A stretch of DNA of 64,000 bases from positions 1,280,001 through 1,344,000 of the forward strand of contig OY969554.1 of NCBI GenBank assembly GCA_963700985.1, written 5' to 3'. This stretch comes from an uncultured Chlamydiales bacterium (GTDB lineage: Bacteria > Chlamydiota > Chlamydiia > Chlamydiales > Rhabdochlamydiaceae). Under the pieces are notes generated by a model. It was given only the letters and a program-made list of their open reading frames with translations, did not search any database and had not been told where the DNA came from. Shown in pieces: positions 16,762-25,617 of this stretch (positions within the stretch are counted from its first letter, which is position 1; every line of letters begins with the position of its first letter). Both the position numbers and the translations under genes were made by a program.

Positions 16762-18618
16762 ATGCAATTAGGCACGAAACAAATTTCAGTTAAAAAACTC
16801 ATTCGTGAGTATCCGATCCCAGCCTTAGCTTTTCTTGGGTTAATGGCAGGCATTCTCCTGTTTTTTTTAGGTCAGAAGCAGATCGCCCATTACATCTGGT
16901 TTGCTACACTAATTTTGGGTGGCGCGCCGATCGTTTTCAAAACTATACGCGGCATGTTTCAGGGGCAATTTGCCGCAGACATAGTGGCCATGCTAGCGAT
17001 CGTTACGGCAGTGATCATGAATCAAGATTTCGCCGGCGCAATTGTGGTGCTGATGCAATCAGGGGGTGAAGCCATCGAGAAGTATGGTCTTGGACGCGCC
17101 TCTTCCTCGCTAAATGCACTGTTGCAGCGCGCGCCGCGCACAGCCCGCCGCAAAAATGCAGAAATCGTCGAGATCGATGTCAAAGATGTGAAGGTGGGCG
17201 ATATTCTAATTGTACGCCAAGGCGATCTTATTCCAGTGGATGGCACGATTACCCAAGGGGAAGCTGAAATCGATGAATCGGCCTTGACTGGTGAGCCACT
17301 AGCACACCGCAAGACAGTCGGCGGAAAAGTTTTTAGCGGCACCATCGACACCGATGGGGCTTTTGAGATGCGCGCTGATAAACTCAGTGAAGAGAGCCAA
17401 TATGCGAAGATCGTGCAACTTGTGCGCAAAGCGCAAAGTGAAAAAGCACCTATTCAACGACTCGCAGATCGCTACGCCATCTTTTTTACTCCGCTCGTGC
17501 TGCTCATGAGCGCTTTGGGATGGCTCATCACCCAAGATCCTACCACCATCCTATCTGTGCTCGTTGTCGCCACACCTTGTCCACTTATCTTAGCAACGCC
17601 GGTAGCAGTCCTTAGTGGAATCAACCGTGCAGCCGAAGAAGGCATCATCGTGAAAGGCGGCGCTCCGCTCGAACAGATTGGCAAAATTCGCGTTGCTGTA
17701 TTTGATAAAACAGGAACAATCACTTACGGCATGCCGTTTATTGATGCGGTGATTCCTTTCGATCAGATCCCTCCCAATGAATTGCTTTACAAAGCCGCTT
17801 GCCTTGAACAGATCTCTGCTCATTCTGCGGCTCAAGCTATTGTAAGACATACAGAAAAACTATTTGCAAGCTTGCCCTTTCCGATTAATTTCCAAGAAGT
17901 TCCCGGACGTGGCGTGGAAGGCGACGTCGACCAGCAGCATGTGTTGATCGGATCCCCTATTTTCATACAAGAAAGGCTTGGGAAAGAGATCGTAGACACA
18001 CACCAGAACTTATTCGATCGGCTGCAAGCTGAAGGAAAACTTGTCACCTGTATTGCCACCGATAGAAAGCTCTCTGGAATAATTGTCTTGAGCGATCGCT
18101 TACGCAAAGAAGTCCCTCAAATGATTGAGAGATTAAAACGCTTAAAAGTAGAGGAAATTCTAATCTTAACTGGCGATAGCGCTAAAAATACGGGCGCGAT
18201 TGCCAAACAAGCGGGGATCGCGCATTTTAAAGCTGATCTTCTTCCTGAGCAAAAGGTGGAAGTTGTGCAAGAACTTAAGCGCAAAAATCCCACCATGATG
18301 GTCGGTGATGGCATCAACGATGCGCCGGCGCTTGCTGCGGCCACAGTGGGCGTAGCCATGGGAGCTCAAGGAACAGCCATTTCAGCGGAAGCAGCGGATA
18401 TCGTTCTTCTCGTCGATGATGCAAGCAAGGTTGCCGAAGCGGTGCATATTGGCCAACGCATGCTGCACATCGCTGTGCAAGGCATTTTGATTGGAATTGG
18501 GCTGAGCGGTCTTCTGATGATCATCGCGGCTTTCGGCTACATTCCGCCTGCTATTGGAGCTGTGCTTCAAGAAGTCATCGATGCCGCGGTAATCTTAAAC
18601 GCACTGCGCGCTAAATAA
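16762..18618 (+). CDS. Heavy-metal P1B-type ATPase (P1B-5-like)
   Basis: TGE, TPCPLILA, DKTGT, GDGIND, QEVID. Confidence 0.92.
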   Translation: MQLGTKQISVKKLIREYPIPALAFLGLMAGILLFFLGQKQIAHYIWFATLILGGAPIVFKTIRGMFQGQFAADIVAMLAIVTAVIMNQDFAGAIVVLMQSGGEAIEKYGLGRASSSLNALLQRAPRTARRKNAEIVEIDVKDVKVGDILIVRQGDLIPVDGTITQGEAEIDESALTGEPLAHRKTVGGKVFSGTIDTDGAFEMRADKLSEESQYAKIVQLVRKAQSEKAPIQRLADRYAIFFTPLVLLMSALGWLITQDPTTILSVLVVATPCPLILATPVAVLSGINRAAEEGIIVKGGAPLEQIGKIRVAVFDKTGTITYGMPFIDAVIPFDQIPPNELLYKAACLEQISAHSAAQAIVRHTEKLFASLPFPINFQEVPGRGVEGDVDQQHVLIGSPIFIQERLGKEIVDTHQNLFDRLQAEGKLVTCIATDRKLSGIIVLSDRLRKEVPQMIERLKRLKVEEILILTGDSAKNTGAIAKQAGIAHFKADLLPEQKVEVVQELKRKNPTMMVGDGINDAPALAAATVGVAMGAQGTAISAEAADIVLLVDDASKVAEAVHIGQRMLHIAVQGILIGIGLSGLLMIIAAFGYIPPAIGAVLQEVIDAAVILNALRAK

Positions 18619-18691
18619 AGATTATTTTGCTTGCATTCACAATAGATCTATTTTAATATCGATCGCTTATACAATAAGTTATTTCCATATT

Positions 18692-19216
18692 ATGACCGCA
18701 ATTTCTTTTGTCGATAGAGTTAATAATTTAGCCGAATCTTACCCTGATTACGCGCATCAGAACGATGCTGACTGGAAAGACCAGTTCAAAGAGTATGGCA
18801 AGAAGACATGGGGAAATCACGACTATCTCTTGATCAGTATTTCCGCATATCTATCGCAAAAGCTGATAGATTTTGTAGACTTTCCTCAAAAGCGACCTGT
18901 TCCTTTTGAAAACATAGGAAAAATGTTACTAGCTGGAATCGCGTTTCCTTTGATCTGCGTTGTCGGGATCGTAGAATTTATCGCGCGCACCATTTTGGGA
19001 TGTGTAACGCAGCCTATTCTTTGGCTGGCTTCAACATGTGGCGCCGTCGAGAAGAAAACCCATAACTTCTTTCATTACATCGCATTTACTGGTGGATCTG
19101 AGAGTGGTATCGTTGCGATAGGTGCTTTGGTCGAGTCATTTTCGAACCTTCTCATCGGCACCATTGCTCTTCTTGATCATTGTACACCGAGAACTACGGC
19201 AGCAGAAGCCCCTTAG
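18692..19216 (+). CDS. Hypothetical membrane protein (Inc-like hydrophobic hairpin possible)
   Basis: 174 aa; long hydrophobic stretch MLLAGIAFPLICVVGIVEFIARTILGCVTQPILWLA. Confidence 0.55.
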   Translation: MTAISFVDRVNNLAESYPDYAHQNDADWKDQFKEYGKKTWGNHDYLLISISAYLSQKLIDFVDFPQKRPVPFENIGKMLLAGIAFPLICVVGIVEFIARTILGCVTQPILWLASTCGAVEKKTHNFFHYIAFTGGSESGIVAIGALVESFSNLLIGTIALLDHCTPRTTAAEAP

Positions 19217-19235
19217 CAGAGCATCTAAAGCGCAC

Positions 19236-19997
19236 TTAAGCACTTGCTAAATGCCTGCGAGCCATATTTAAGGCGCTTTGAAATCTATCGACGTAGCGTT
19301 GAGTATGACCCTCTTCAACCTGTATTTTCAAATACTCGTCGAAAGAAGCAAATTTCAATAAAATTCCATCTGTGTAGATACTAGGATTCCAGCCATCTTC
19401 TTCGACACATTTTTTTATGATTTTGGGATATTCTAGCACACTTTCGTATTCTATTGCTTCTACCGACACTGCATAAAGTATAGCTGTGCCTTCTCCTCTA
19501 GATACGGGCAGCTCGAATGCCTCAAAACGAGGAGATTTTAATAAATTAAGCAGTTCAAAAACGAATATGCTTAACTTCTCATCATCTTTTAAGTCTGCAC
19601 GAATAGAGACAATTCCAGATGGACCCTCGCACTGGCCATACCACTGATCTTGTTTGTTGGTGATAAATTGTATTGAAACATTAGGAAACCCTTGCTGCTT
19701 TTGACTGAGTTGAACTCGATTGAGCAGCTGCGCTGCTGTTTTTGAGGTCAGCAACTTTGCATAAAGTTTCTCTGGCGTGGTGTAGTTGCCTTTGTTGAGA
19801 AATTTGGCTTTTTTAATGACGCGTGCAGAAGCCGTGCATTCTGATTCTTCTTGTTTTCTTTTGCTGCGATGTTTCTGCGAAAGAGTACAAAGTGCTTCTG
19901 CTGCATCTTGCTCTTTTTCTGAAGAATCCTTACTTAAAGCGGCTAAAGGAGAACTCATACTTAAGATAGAGGGAGAACTAACGGAAATTGAAACCAC
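19236..19997 (-). CDS. Hypothetical protein, putative secreted nuclear effector
   Basis: Ser-rich N-terminus; basic clusters KHRSKRK and KKAK. Confidence 0.6.
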   Translation of the reverse strand: MVSISVSSPSILSMSSPLAALSKDSSEKEQDAAEALCTLSQKHRSKRKQEESECTASARVIKKAKFLNKGNYTTPEKLYAKLLTSKTAAQLLNRVQLSQKQQGFPNVSIQFITNKQDQWYGQCEGPSGIVSIRADLKDDEKLSIFVFELLNLLKSPRFEAFELPVSRGEGTAILYAVSVEAIEYESVLEYPKIIKKCVEEDGWNPSIYTDGILLKFASFDEYLKIQVEEGHTQRYVDRFQSALNMARRHLASA

Positions 19998-20135
19998 AAA
20001 AAGCCTATTTAATTATAATTACTAATTGTATAATAATTTATACAAAATGTAAATAATTATAATTATATAAGATTTATTTGCAGTGATGCAAAATTTTACT
20101 CAAAACACTAATTATTAAAGATTTAAGCCAAAAAG

Positions 20136-21629
20136 CTATAAGGCTTCATTATAGTGATCTAACGTGTTGTAGTAATAATCGCGATCTTCATAGAAGAGCT
20201 GGCTGACAAGACCATAAACGAGCTTCTGAATACTATATTTCATGCCCATAAGCCCTGTGCCCGCACTAAATCCAGCGCTTGCCAGTGCACCTCCAGTGCA
20301 ATTAAAAATCGAGCTTAAATAAGGAGCTTCGCCCGAATTCTTTTCGACAAACTCGAAATGCCTGCCCAAATAAGGCATGCAAAGCAAGCCTGAACATTGC
20401 TGATTTTCGGGAGGATCAAAGCGATCGACCCAGAGCGCGATCTGATCATAAAAATTTGCGAGTTCTTCGCGCAGCGAAAGATCGATAACTCCTCCTGTTG
20501 AGATCAAAAGATGATCGAATGCATAGGAGCCTTTCGGAGTGTAAACTACTGCTTGCTCCCCTTGCTTTGCAGCATTCTCCCAAGGACATTCAAAATGAAT
20601 AAAAATGTTAGGCAGAGATTTGACCTTATTTAGCGAATAAGGCGTTGGGGGTTGTCCAAATTCAAAAATCCTCGTCATGAACTTCCACTTATCCATGTCA
20701 GGTAAATCTGAAAAGTGTTTCAAAAAACCCACATATTCACCCCATCTGGAAACGTTCACATTGCCGAGTTCTGCGCGTCTGCAAAACATGTGAATCTCAC
20801 TCGCTCCATATTCATGGCTTAAAATAGCATTATCAAATGCGGATGGACCTGCACCTAAAATCCCCACTCTTTTACCCTTGAAAGACTCAAAGTGCACGGA
20901 TTCGTAGACAGAGCTATAAAGTGATTTCGGCAGATTATTCACAATGAAGGAGGGTTTGGCCCAAGCTCCAGAGCCTTGCAGTCCTGTGGCTAAAATCACT
21001 TTTCGGGCATATACAACACCTTGCTTTCCATCCGACTCAATCGGCACGATAAAGCAGGCTTCTTTCTCATCCCATTCTAGCGCACCTACGTGAGTACGAT
21101 TCACAATAGATAAGTGTAAAGTTGTCTTAAACCAATGAAGGTACTCTGCCCAAATTGTTCTGGGGATATACTGCAATTTCTCCCACTCATCTACGCCATA
21201 TTTTGTCTCAAACCAGGCTTTGCAAGTTAGGCTGGGCACATTGCAATCTGGGCCAATCACACATTTAGGAGTCTGAAGAGTGGGCATATGTGCATAAGTG
21301 AGCCAAGGTCCTTCGAGCCCTTCTGGGTTCTCATCAAAAATAGCCACATTTGTGACCTTTTCTTTGCGTAAAGCGAACGCTAGGGTCATCCCTGTTTGTC
21401 CCCCACCGACGATCACTACGTCATAAATATGCGCACCATCCGATCTTTTTTTTACTTGAAGCCATGGGCGCGGAGGATAGTTGAGAAGATCTAGCTCTCT
21501 TTCGATTTGCGTTTTTAGGTGATCCAGGCGTGCTTCATGTCCAGAAAGAGGTGTGAGAGTAACTTCTGCAAATGCAGTTGAAATAGCGCTGATAAAAAAG
21601 CAGAAAACAGCAAATAGACCTGAACGCAT
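20136..21629 (-). CDS. FAD/NAD(P)H-dependent monooxygenase (HpyO-like) with signal peptide
   Basis: VGGGQTG, ILATG, LGAGPSAFD dinucleotide-binding motifs; LQTPK...PSLT. Confidence 0.8.
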   Translation of the reverse strand: MRSGLFAVFCFFISAISTAFAEVTLTPLSGHEARLDHLKTQIERELDLLNYPPRPWLQVKKRSDGAHIYDVVIVGGGQTGMTLAFALRKEKVTNVAIFDENPEGLEGPWLTYAHMPTLQTPKCVIGPDCNVPSLTCKAWFETKYGVDEWEKLQYIPRTIWAEYLHWFKTTLHLSIVNRTHVGALEWDEKEACFIVPIESDGKQGVVYARKVILATGLQGSGAWAKPSFIVNNLPKSLYSSVYESVHFESFKGKRVGILGAGPSAFDNAILSHEYGASEIHMFCRRAELGNVNVSRWGEYVGFLKHFSDLPDMDKWKFMTRIFEFGQPPTPYSLNKVKSLPNIFIHFECPWENAAKQGEQAVVYTPKGSYAFDHLLISTGGVIDLSLREELANFYDQIALWVDRFDPPENQQCSGLLCMPYLGRHFEFVEKNSGEAPYLSSIFNCTGGALASAGFSAGTGLMGMKYSIQKLVYGLVSQLFYEDRDYYYNTLDHYNEAL

Positions 21630-21710
21630 GGCTTATGCTCCGCTAGTAAAAATATCGTATGATATTTTTTACTATGCTTTTTCACAAGCAAAAGGGAACT
21701 TCGAAAGAAG

Positions 21711-22493
21711 CTACTCAAGTCGTGCTAATCCTTTGGCACGGCTCTTCTGGAACATGTATTTAAAAAGTAGAACCGCAAGAATTAGGTAGAAAGCGTCTAG
21801 CGCTAAGCTAATCCAGAAATAATGAAGCGGAAAAGTTCCTTTACTGAGAATTGCGCGCATGCCCTCAAAGATGTAAGTTGTAGGCAAACTCCAAGCAATA
21901 GATTGCGCCCATATTGGCAATATTTCAACTGGGTAGAAAACAGCACTAAATGGCGCGAAAACAAAAGCGATCATCCAAGCAAAGGCTTCCATCTGATGGC
22001 CCCAATAGATAATCCCGCTTGCGGCTAAAAAGCCAATAGCCCAGCCGAAGATCAGCAGTGAAATAGCAAAGGGCAAAAAAGCCCATCCCAAAGTAAATAC
22101 ATTGAGTGCGTAGAGAATATAAACAACACCCGCGCCAAAGGCTACGGTGACAGCAAGTTTGCAAAAACAGAGCAAGATGACGCCCGCGCTCCACTCGGAA
22201 ATTTTCAGGGGTGTCGAAAAGAGATTGACTAAGTTGCGATTCCAGAACTCTTGCAGTAAGTTGACCGAGATATCAACAGAGCCGCGCCAAGTGATTTGCC
22301 AAAAAATTAAGCCTGTCATGAGAATAAGCGGTAGGTTGGCCACGTCATGTTGGCTCTGAATCCAAACAGAAGTTAATCCCCAAAGCAGGATATCCACTAA
22401 AGGCCAATAGAAGAGATCTGCAAGCGTTTGTAGCCCCTTAAAAAGAGAGTGATAGTAGCGGAAAAACACACCGCGAATACGACTTAAGTTCAT
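21711..22493 (-). CDS. ABC-2 type permease
   Basis: About 6 TM; FSAVFYPVEILPIWAQSIAWSLPTTY. Confidence 0.9.
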   Translation of the reverse strand: MNLSRIRGVFFRYYHSLFKGLQTLADLFYWPLVDILLWGLTSVWIQSQHDVANLPLILMTGLIFWQITWRGSVDISVNLLQEFWNRNLVNLFSTPLKISEWSAGVILLCFCKLAVTVAFGAGVVYILYALNVFTLGWAFLPFAISLLIFGWAIGFLAASGIIYWGHQMEAFAWMIAFVFAPFSAVFYPVEILPIWAQSIAWSLPTTYIFEGMRAILSKGTFPLHYFWISLALDAFYLILAVLLFKYMFQKSRAKGLARLE

Positions 22494-23419
22494 CCGTTTT
22501 TCCTCGCAATTTGAAGAAAATAATCCTCTAGCGAAGGCTCTTCAATTTTAATATTCGCATAGGTGATGTCGGCTTGGCCTAAGCTATTCAAAAATGCAGG
22601 GATCTCGTTCTCATCAATAGTGATCTCAATTAATTGATGTTCAATTTTGTAAGAGAAGCGTTTCTTTTCTATCAGATCTACAACGCGCTGCATGTCATCA
22701 GCAATGAGCATTTTTAAACGAAAAGTCGATACGCTTGCGGCGAGCTTTTTAGGGACATCATTTGCAATGATCTTGCCCTGCTTGAGGAAGATCGCTCGAT
22801 CACACAGTGCAGTCGCTTCTGCCATTTTATGTGAGGTAAAGAGAATCGACAATCCGGTTTTGTCTCGCTGCTCTAAAATAAATTCACAAATTTCTTGTGC
22901 GACATCGGGATCAAGGGAGGCTGTGGGTTCATCCAACAAAACGATTTTAGGATCGATAAAAAATGCTTTCACAAGCATGAGGCGCGTGACCTGCCCTGCC
23001 GAAAGCGAAGAAACGCGGGATTTTTTCTTATCTAGGATGCCGAAGCGCTCCAACAAAGGATCAAATCTCTTAGCGCTCTCTTTCGGGTTTAATCCATACA
23101 AGCGTCCTACCACCTCGAGGTTCTCAGCACATGATAAAATCCAAGGCAAGCTGGTGTAGGTACTGGCAAATGAGATCCCTTGTAAAATCTCTGAGCGATG
23201 CTTCTCGAAATCTTTGCCAAAATACACAATCGACCCAGCAGAAAAAGAGAGCGTGCCCAAGAGCATCTGAATGGTTGTCGTCTTACCTGAACCATTCGGA
23301 CCAAGAAGGCCTAGGATTTCTCCTTCTTCGAGCTCAAAAGAGATCCCATCCACAGCCACGTGCTGTTTCTTTCCGGGGTAGACTTTGCGTAGGTTTTTAA
23401 CTGAAAGGACGTGAGACAT
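22490..23419 (-). CDS. ABC transporter ATP-binding protein
   Basis: GPNGSGKTT, LSAGQ, LLDEPT, SH motifs. Confidence 0.93.
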   Translation of the reverse strand: MSHVLSVKNLRKVYPGKKQHVAVDGISFELEEGEILGLLGPNGSGKTTTIQMLLGTLSFSAGSIVYFGKDFEKHRSEILQGISFASTYTSLPWILSCAENLEVVGRLYGLNPKESAKRFDPLLERFGILDKKKSRVSSLSAGQVTRLMLVKAFFIDPKIVLLDEPTASLDPDVAQEICEFILEQRDKTGLSILFTSHKMAEATALCDRAIFLKQGKIIANDVPKKLAASVSTFRLKMLIADDMQRVVDLIEKKRFSYKIEHQLIEITIDENEIPAFLNSLGQADITYANIKIEEPSLEDYFLQIARKNG

Positions 23420-23467
23420 GACAACTTGGGGGTTTGCCAAGAAATAATAGATTAAAAGAAGAATAAA

Positions 23468-23500
23468 ACAGAAGAGAGTTCCTTTTCAGGAACCCTCTTA
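23468..23500 (-). terminator. Putative intrinsic terminator after M48 gene
   Basis: Minus strand AAGAGGGTTCC-tgaaaa-GGAACTCTCTT followed by CTGTTTTATT. Confidence 0.55.
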
Positions 23501-23509
23501 AGTGTCATC

Positions 23510-24787
23510 CTAATGGCTTTCAGGCTTAATGTATTTCTGATTTTGCAATGGCTCGCCCTCTTTCCAAGGATGGTAAGTATTGCAAAAGGTAATACGCTTC
23601 CCCAAAGGAGGATGGGTAGATCTCCATAAGACGTATAACATGCCCGGATTAGGGTTTCCGAGGTTCTGGCTTTGCAGTTTCACAAAGGCTTCTGCAGCAG
23701 CGTGATTATTTTGCGTGATCTCCAACCCAAAACGATCAGCCTCATGTTCAAAGTGGCGCGAGAAAGCGTTAGAGATAGGTGCCGTGGCAAGATAGAACAG
23801 CTGCGCCATCAAAAATAAGAGAGGAAGAGACGCGATGTCTGAAAGTGACTGAATGTGGAAAGACTTCTTATAGCGTTTAATAAAATAGGGAGACGTGCTC
23901 AAAAATAGAAACAGCAAGAAATTGAGCGCAAACTCAAAACCGATGTCTTTTTCTATGTGGTGTAAGACATAGTGACCCATCTCATGGCCCATTACAAAAA
24001 GCAGCTCATCAGTGGGCAATTTGGCAATAATGGTATCCCAAAGCACGATGCGCTTTGTTTGACCAAATCCGGTAACGTATGCGTTAACCATGCTCGTATC
24101 TTGGCTCTTATCTACCTCAAAAACTCGTGTGCCGTTAATCCCCGCGCGGTCGGCAAGGTGAAGAATTTTAGCTTCTAACGCCTTGTCTTTCATCGGGCCA
24201 TAATGATTAAAAAGAGGATCGATCCAAAGCGGCGTGATTAAAATCGATAAGACAGTAAAGGGAAGGGTTAGCAGGGCACAATAAATCCACCAGCGTTTCG
24301 GGCTTTTCTTGATTAGGTAGTAAACGATGAGCACGATTACACCACCGACGATAAGTGTGATGGCAGAAGCTTTAAGTGTATCTATGAACCACTTGCCGAA
24401 CTCTTGAGAAGAGAGCCCATAACCATGCAGCCTTGCATACTCGCCATAGTAGGTTATTGGAAGCTGAATGATAAAGAGAATCAGGCCAAAAAGCACCCAG
24501 TAGATCACCACTTCGAAGAACCAGGACTTTCCTAAGCGGCGAGCCAAATTTCTGAGCTTGGCCGAGATTCCCGTGAAAAGCAGTCCGGCAAAAATCAGAA
24601 TGGGAACTATCTGTTGCACCACCCAGAGGATGTTACCTGAGCGGTAGAATTCTTCAGCCTTTTGACTCATCTGAGGAATCTCAACTGGCGCCTGCTCGGA
24701 TAAGGGCTGCGCTGCAAAAAGCGAGCTCTTCATGCAAAGTACGCAAAATAATATCCCAAAGACAAAACACCAGTGGCTCTTACGCAT
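23510..24787 (-). CDS. M48 family (Ste24-like) metalloprotease
   Basis: NAYVTGFG, HEMGH, EHEADRF, THPP. Confidence 0.92.
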   Translation of the reverse strand: MRKSHWCFVFGILFCVLCMKSSLFAAQPLSEQAPVEIPQMSQKAEEFYRSGNILWVVQQIVPILIFAGLLFTGISAKLRNLARRLGKSWFFEVVIYWVLFGLILFIIQLPITYYGEYARLHGYGLSSQEFGKWFIDTLKASAITLIVGGVIVLIVYYLIKKSPKRWWIYCALLTLPFTVLSILITPLWIDPLFNHYGPMKDKALEAKILHLADRAGINGTRVFEVDKSQDTSMVNAYVTGFGQTKRIVLWDTIIAKLPTDELLFVMGHEMGHYVLHHIEKDIGFEFALNFLLFLFLSTSPYFIKRYKKSFHIQSLSDIASLPLLFLMAQLFYLATAPISNAFSRHFEHEADRFGLEITQNNHAAAEAFVKLQSQNLGNPNPGMLYVLWRSTHPPLGKRITFCNTYHPWKEGEPLQNQKYIKPESH

Positions 24788-24930
24788 TATCCTTTCTCCT
24801 TTTTTTCCAGTAATAGCGGAAAGGACAATTAGAACCTAATAAGATCTATATCTTTTATCGCCTTGGAAGTAGTTGTATTCGTTATGCTGAATTTCCCTTG
24901 AGAAGTGGATCGACTCCCTGATGATCAAGG

Positions 24931-25605
24931 TTAAAACGCATACCCCAGTCCTCCACCAAAGGTGAAGCCACCAATTTGAATATGTCTTCCTTCAACATTG
25001 GTTTTGGAAGAGTGAAAGTGAGTTCGTTCATAGGAATATTCTCCAAATACATCCAATACCAGATGCCGACAAAGAAGAAAGAGAAAGCCTGTATTCGCAA
25101 ATCCGCCTACGCCATTTCGATTGATATTCCGATTCACATAAGAAGAGTCATTATGCTGATGAACATAAAAGTAACGTGGTCCTAATGCGAAGTAATATTG
25201 CATCTTGGGGTAGATATTAATGATAGCTTCTAGCCCCAAATTCACCGGAATTTTCCAAAGAGAGGTCTTCTGATGTCCATGGAGTGATCTGCCATGGACT
25301 TCCTGGTATTCAACACTTCCATATACCTGTAGCCATCGCCATATCGGATAGGACCCGCTCATCTGCACGTCATATCCTCCCCTATCATAAATTTTGCGCA
25401 TTTTGGCATTAGAGAAAAAGAAATAGCCTGCTTTGACCTCGAGCATAGGCTGTACTTTTGAATAGGGTGTGCTCAAATTTTCAGGCTCTGAGGAGGAAGA
25501 TTGATCAGCAAAGACTCTCTCGCTCAAGAAGGTGAAAAATAATACAGAGGCGCAAAAGTAAACACACAGTCTGTAGATGCAATTGCCTTTATATGGATTA
25601 GACAT
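24931..25605 (-). CDS. Small outer-membrane beta-barrel protein
   Basis: Signal peptide; alternating aromatic/Gly strands; terminal GGGLGYAF beta-signal. Confidence 0.75.
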   Translation of the reverse strand: MSNPYKGNCIYRLCVYFCASVLFFTFLSERVFADQSSSSEPENLSTPYSKVQPMLEVKAGYFFFSNAKMRKIYDRGGYDVQMSGSYPIWRWLQVYGSVEYQEVHGRSLHGHQKTSLWKIPVNLGLEAIINIYPKMQYYFALGPRYFYVHQHNDSSYVNRNINRNGVGGFANTGFLFLLCRHLVLDVFGEYSYERTHFHSSKTNVEGRHIQIGGFTFGGGLGYAF

Positions 25606-25617
25606 GGATTACCATTC

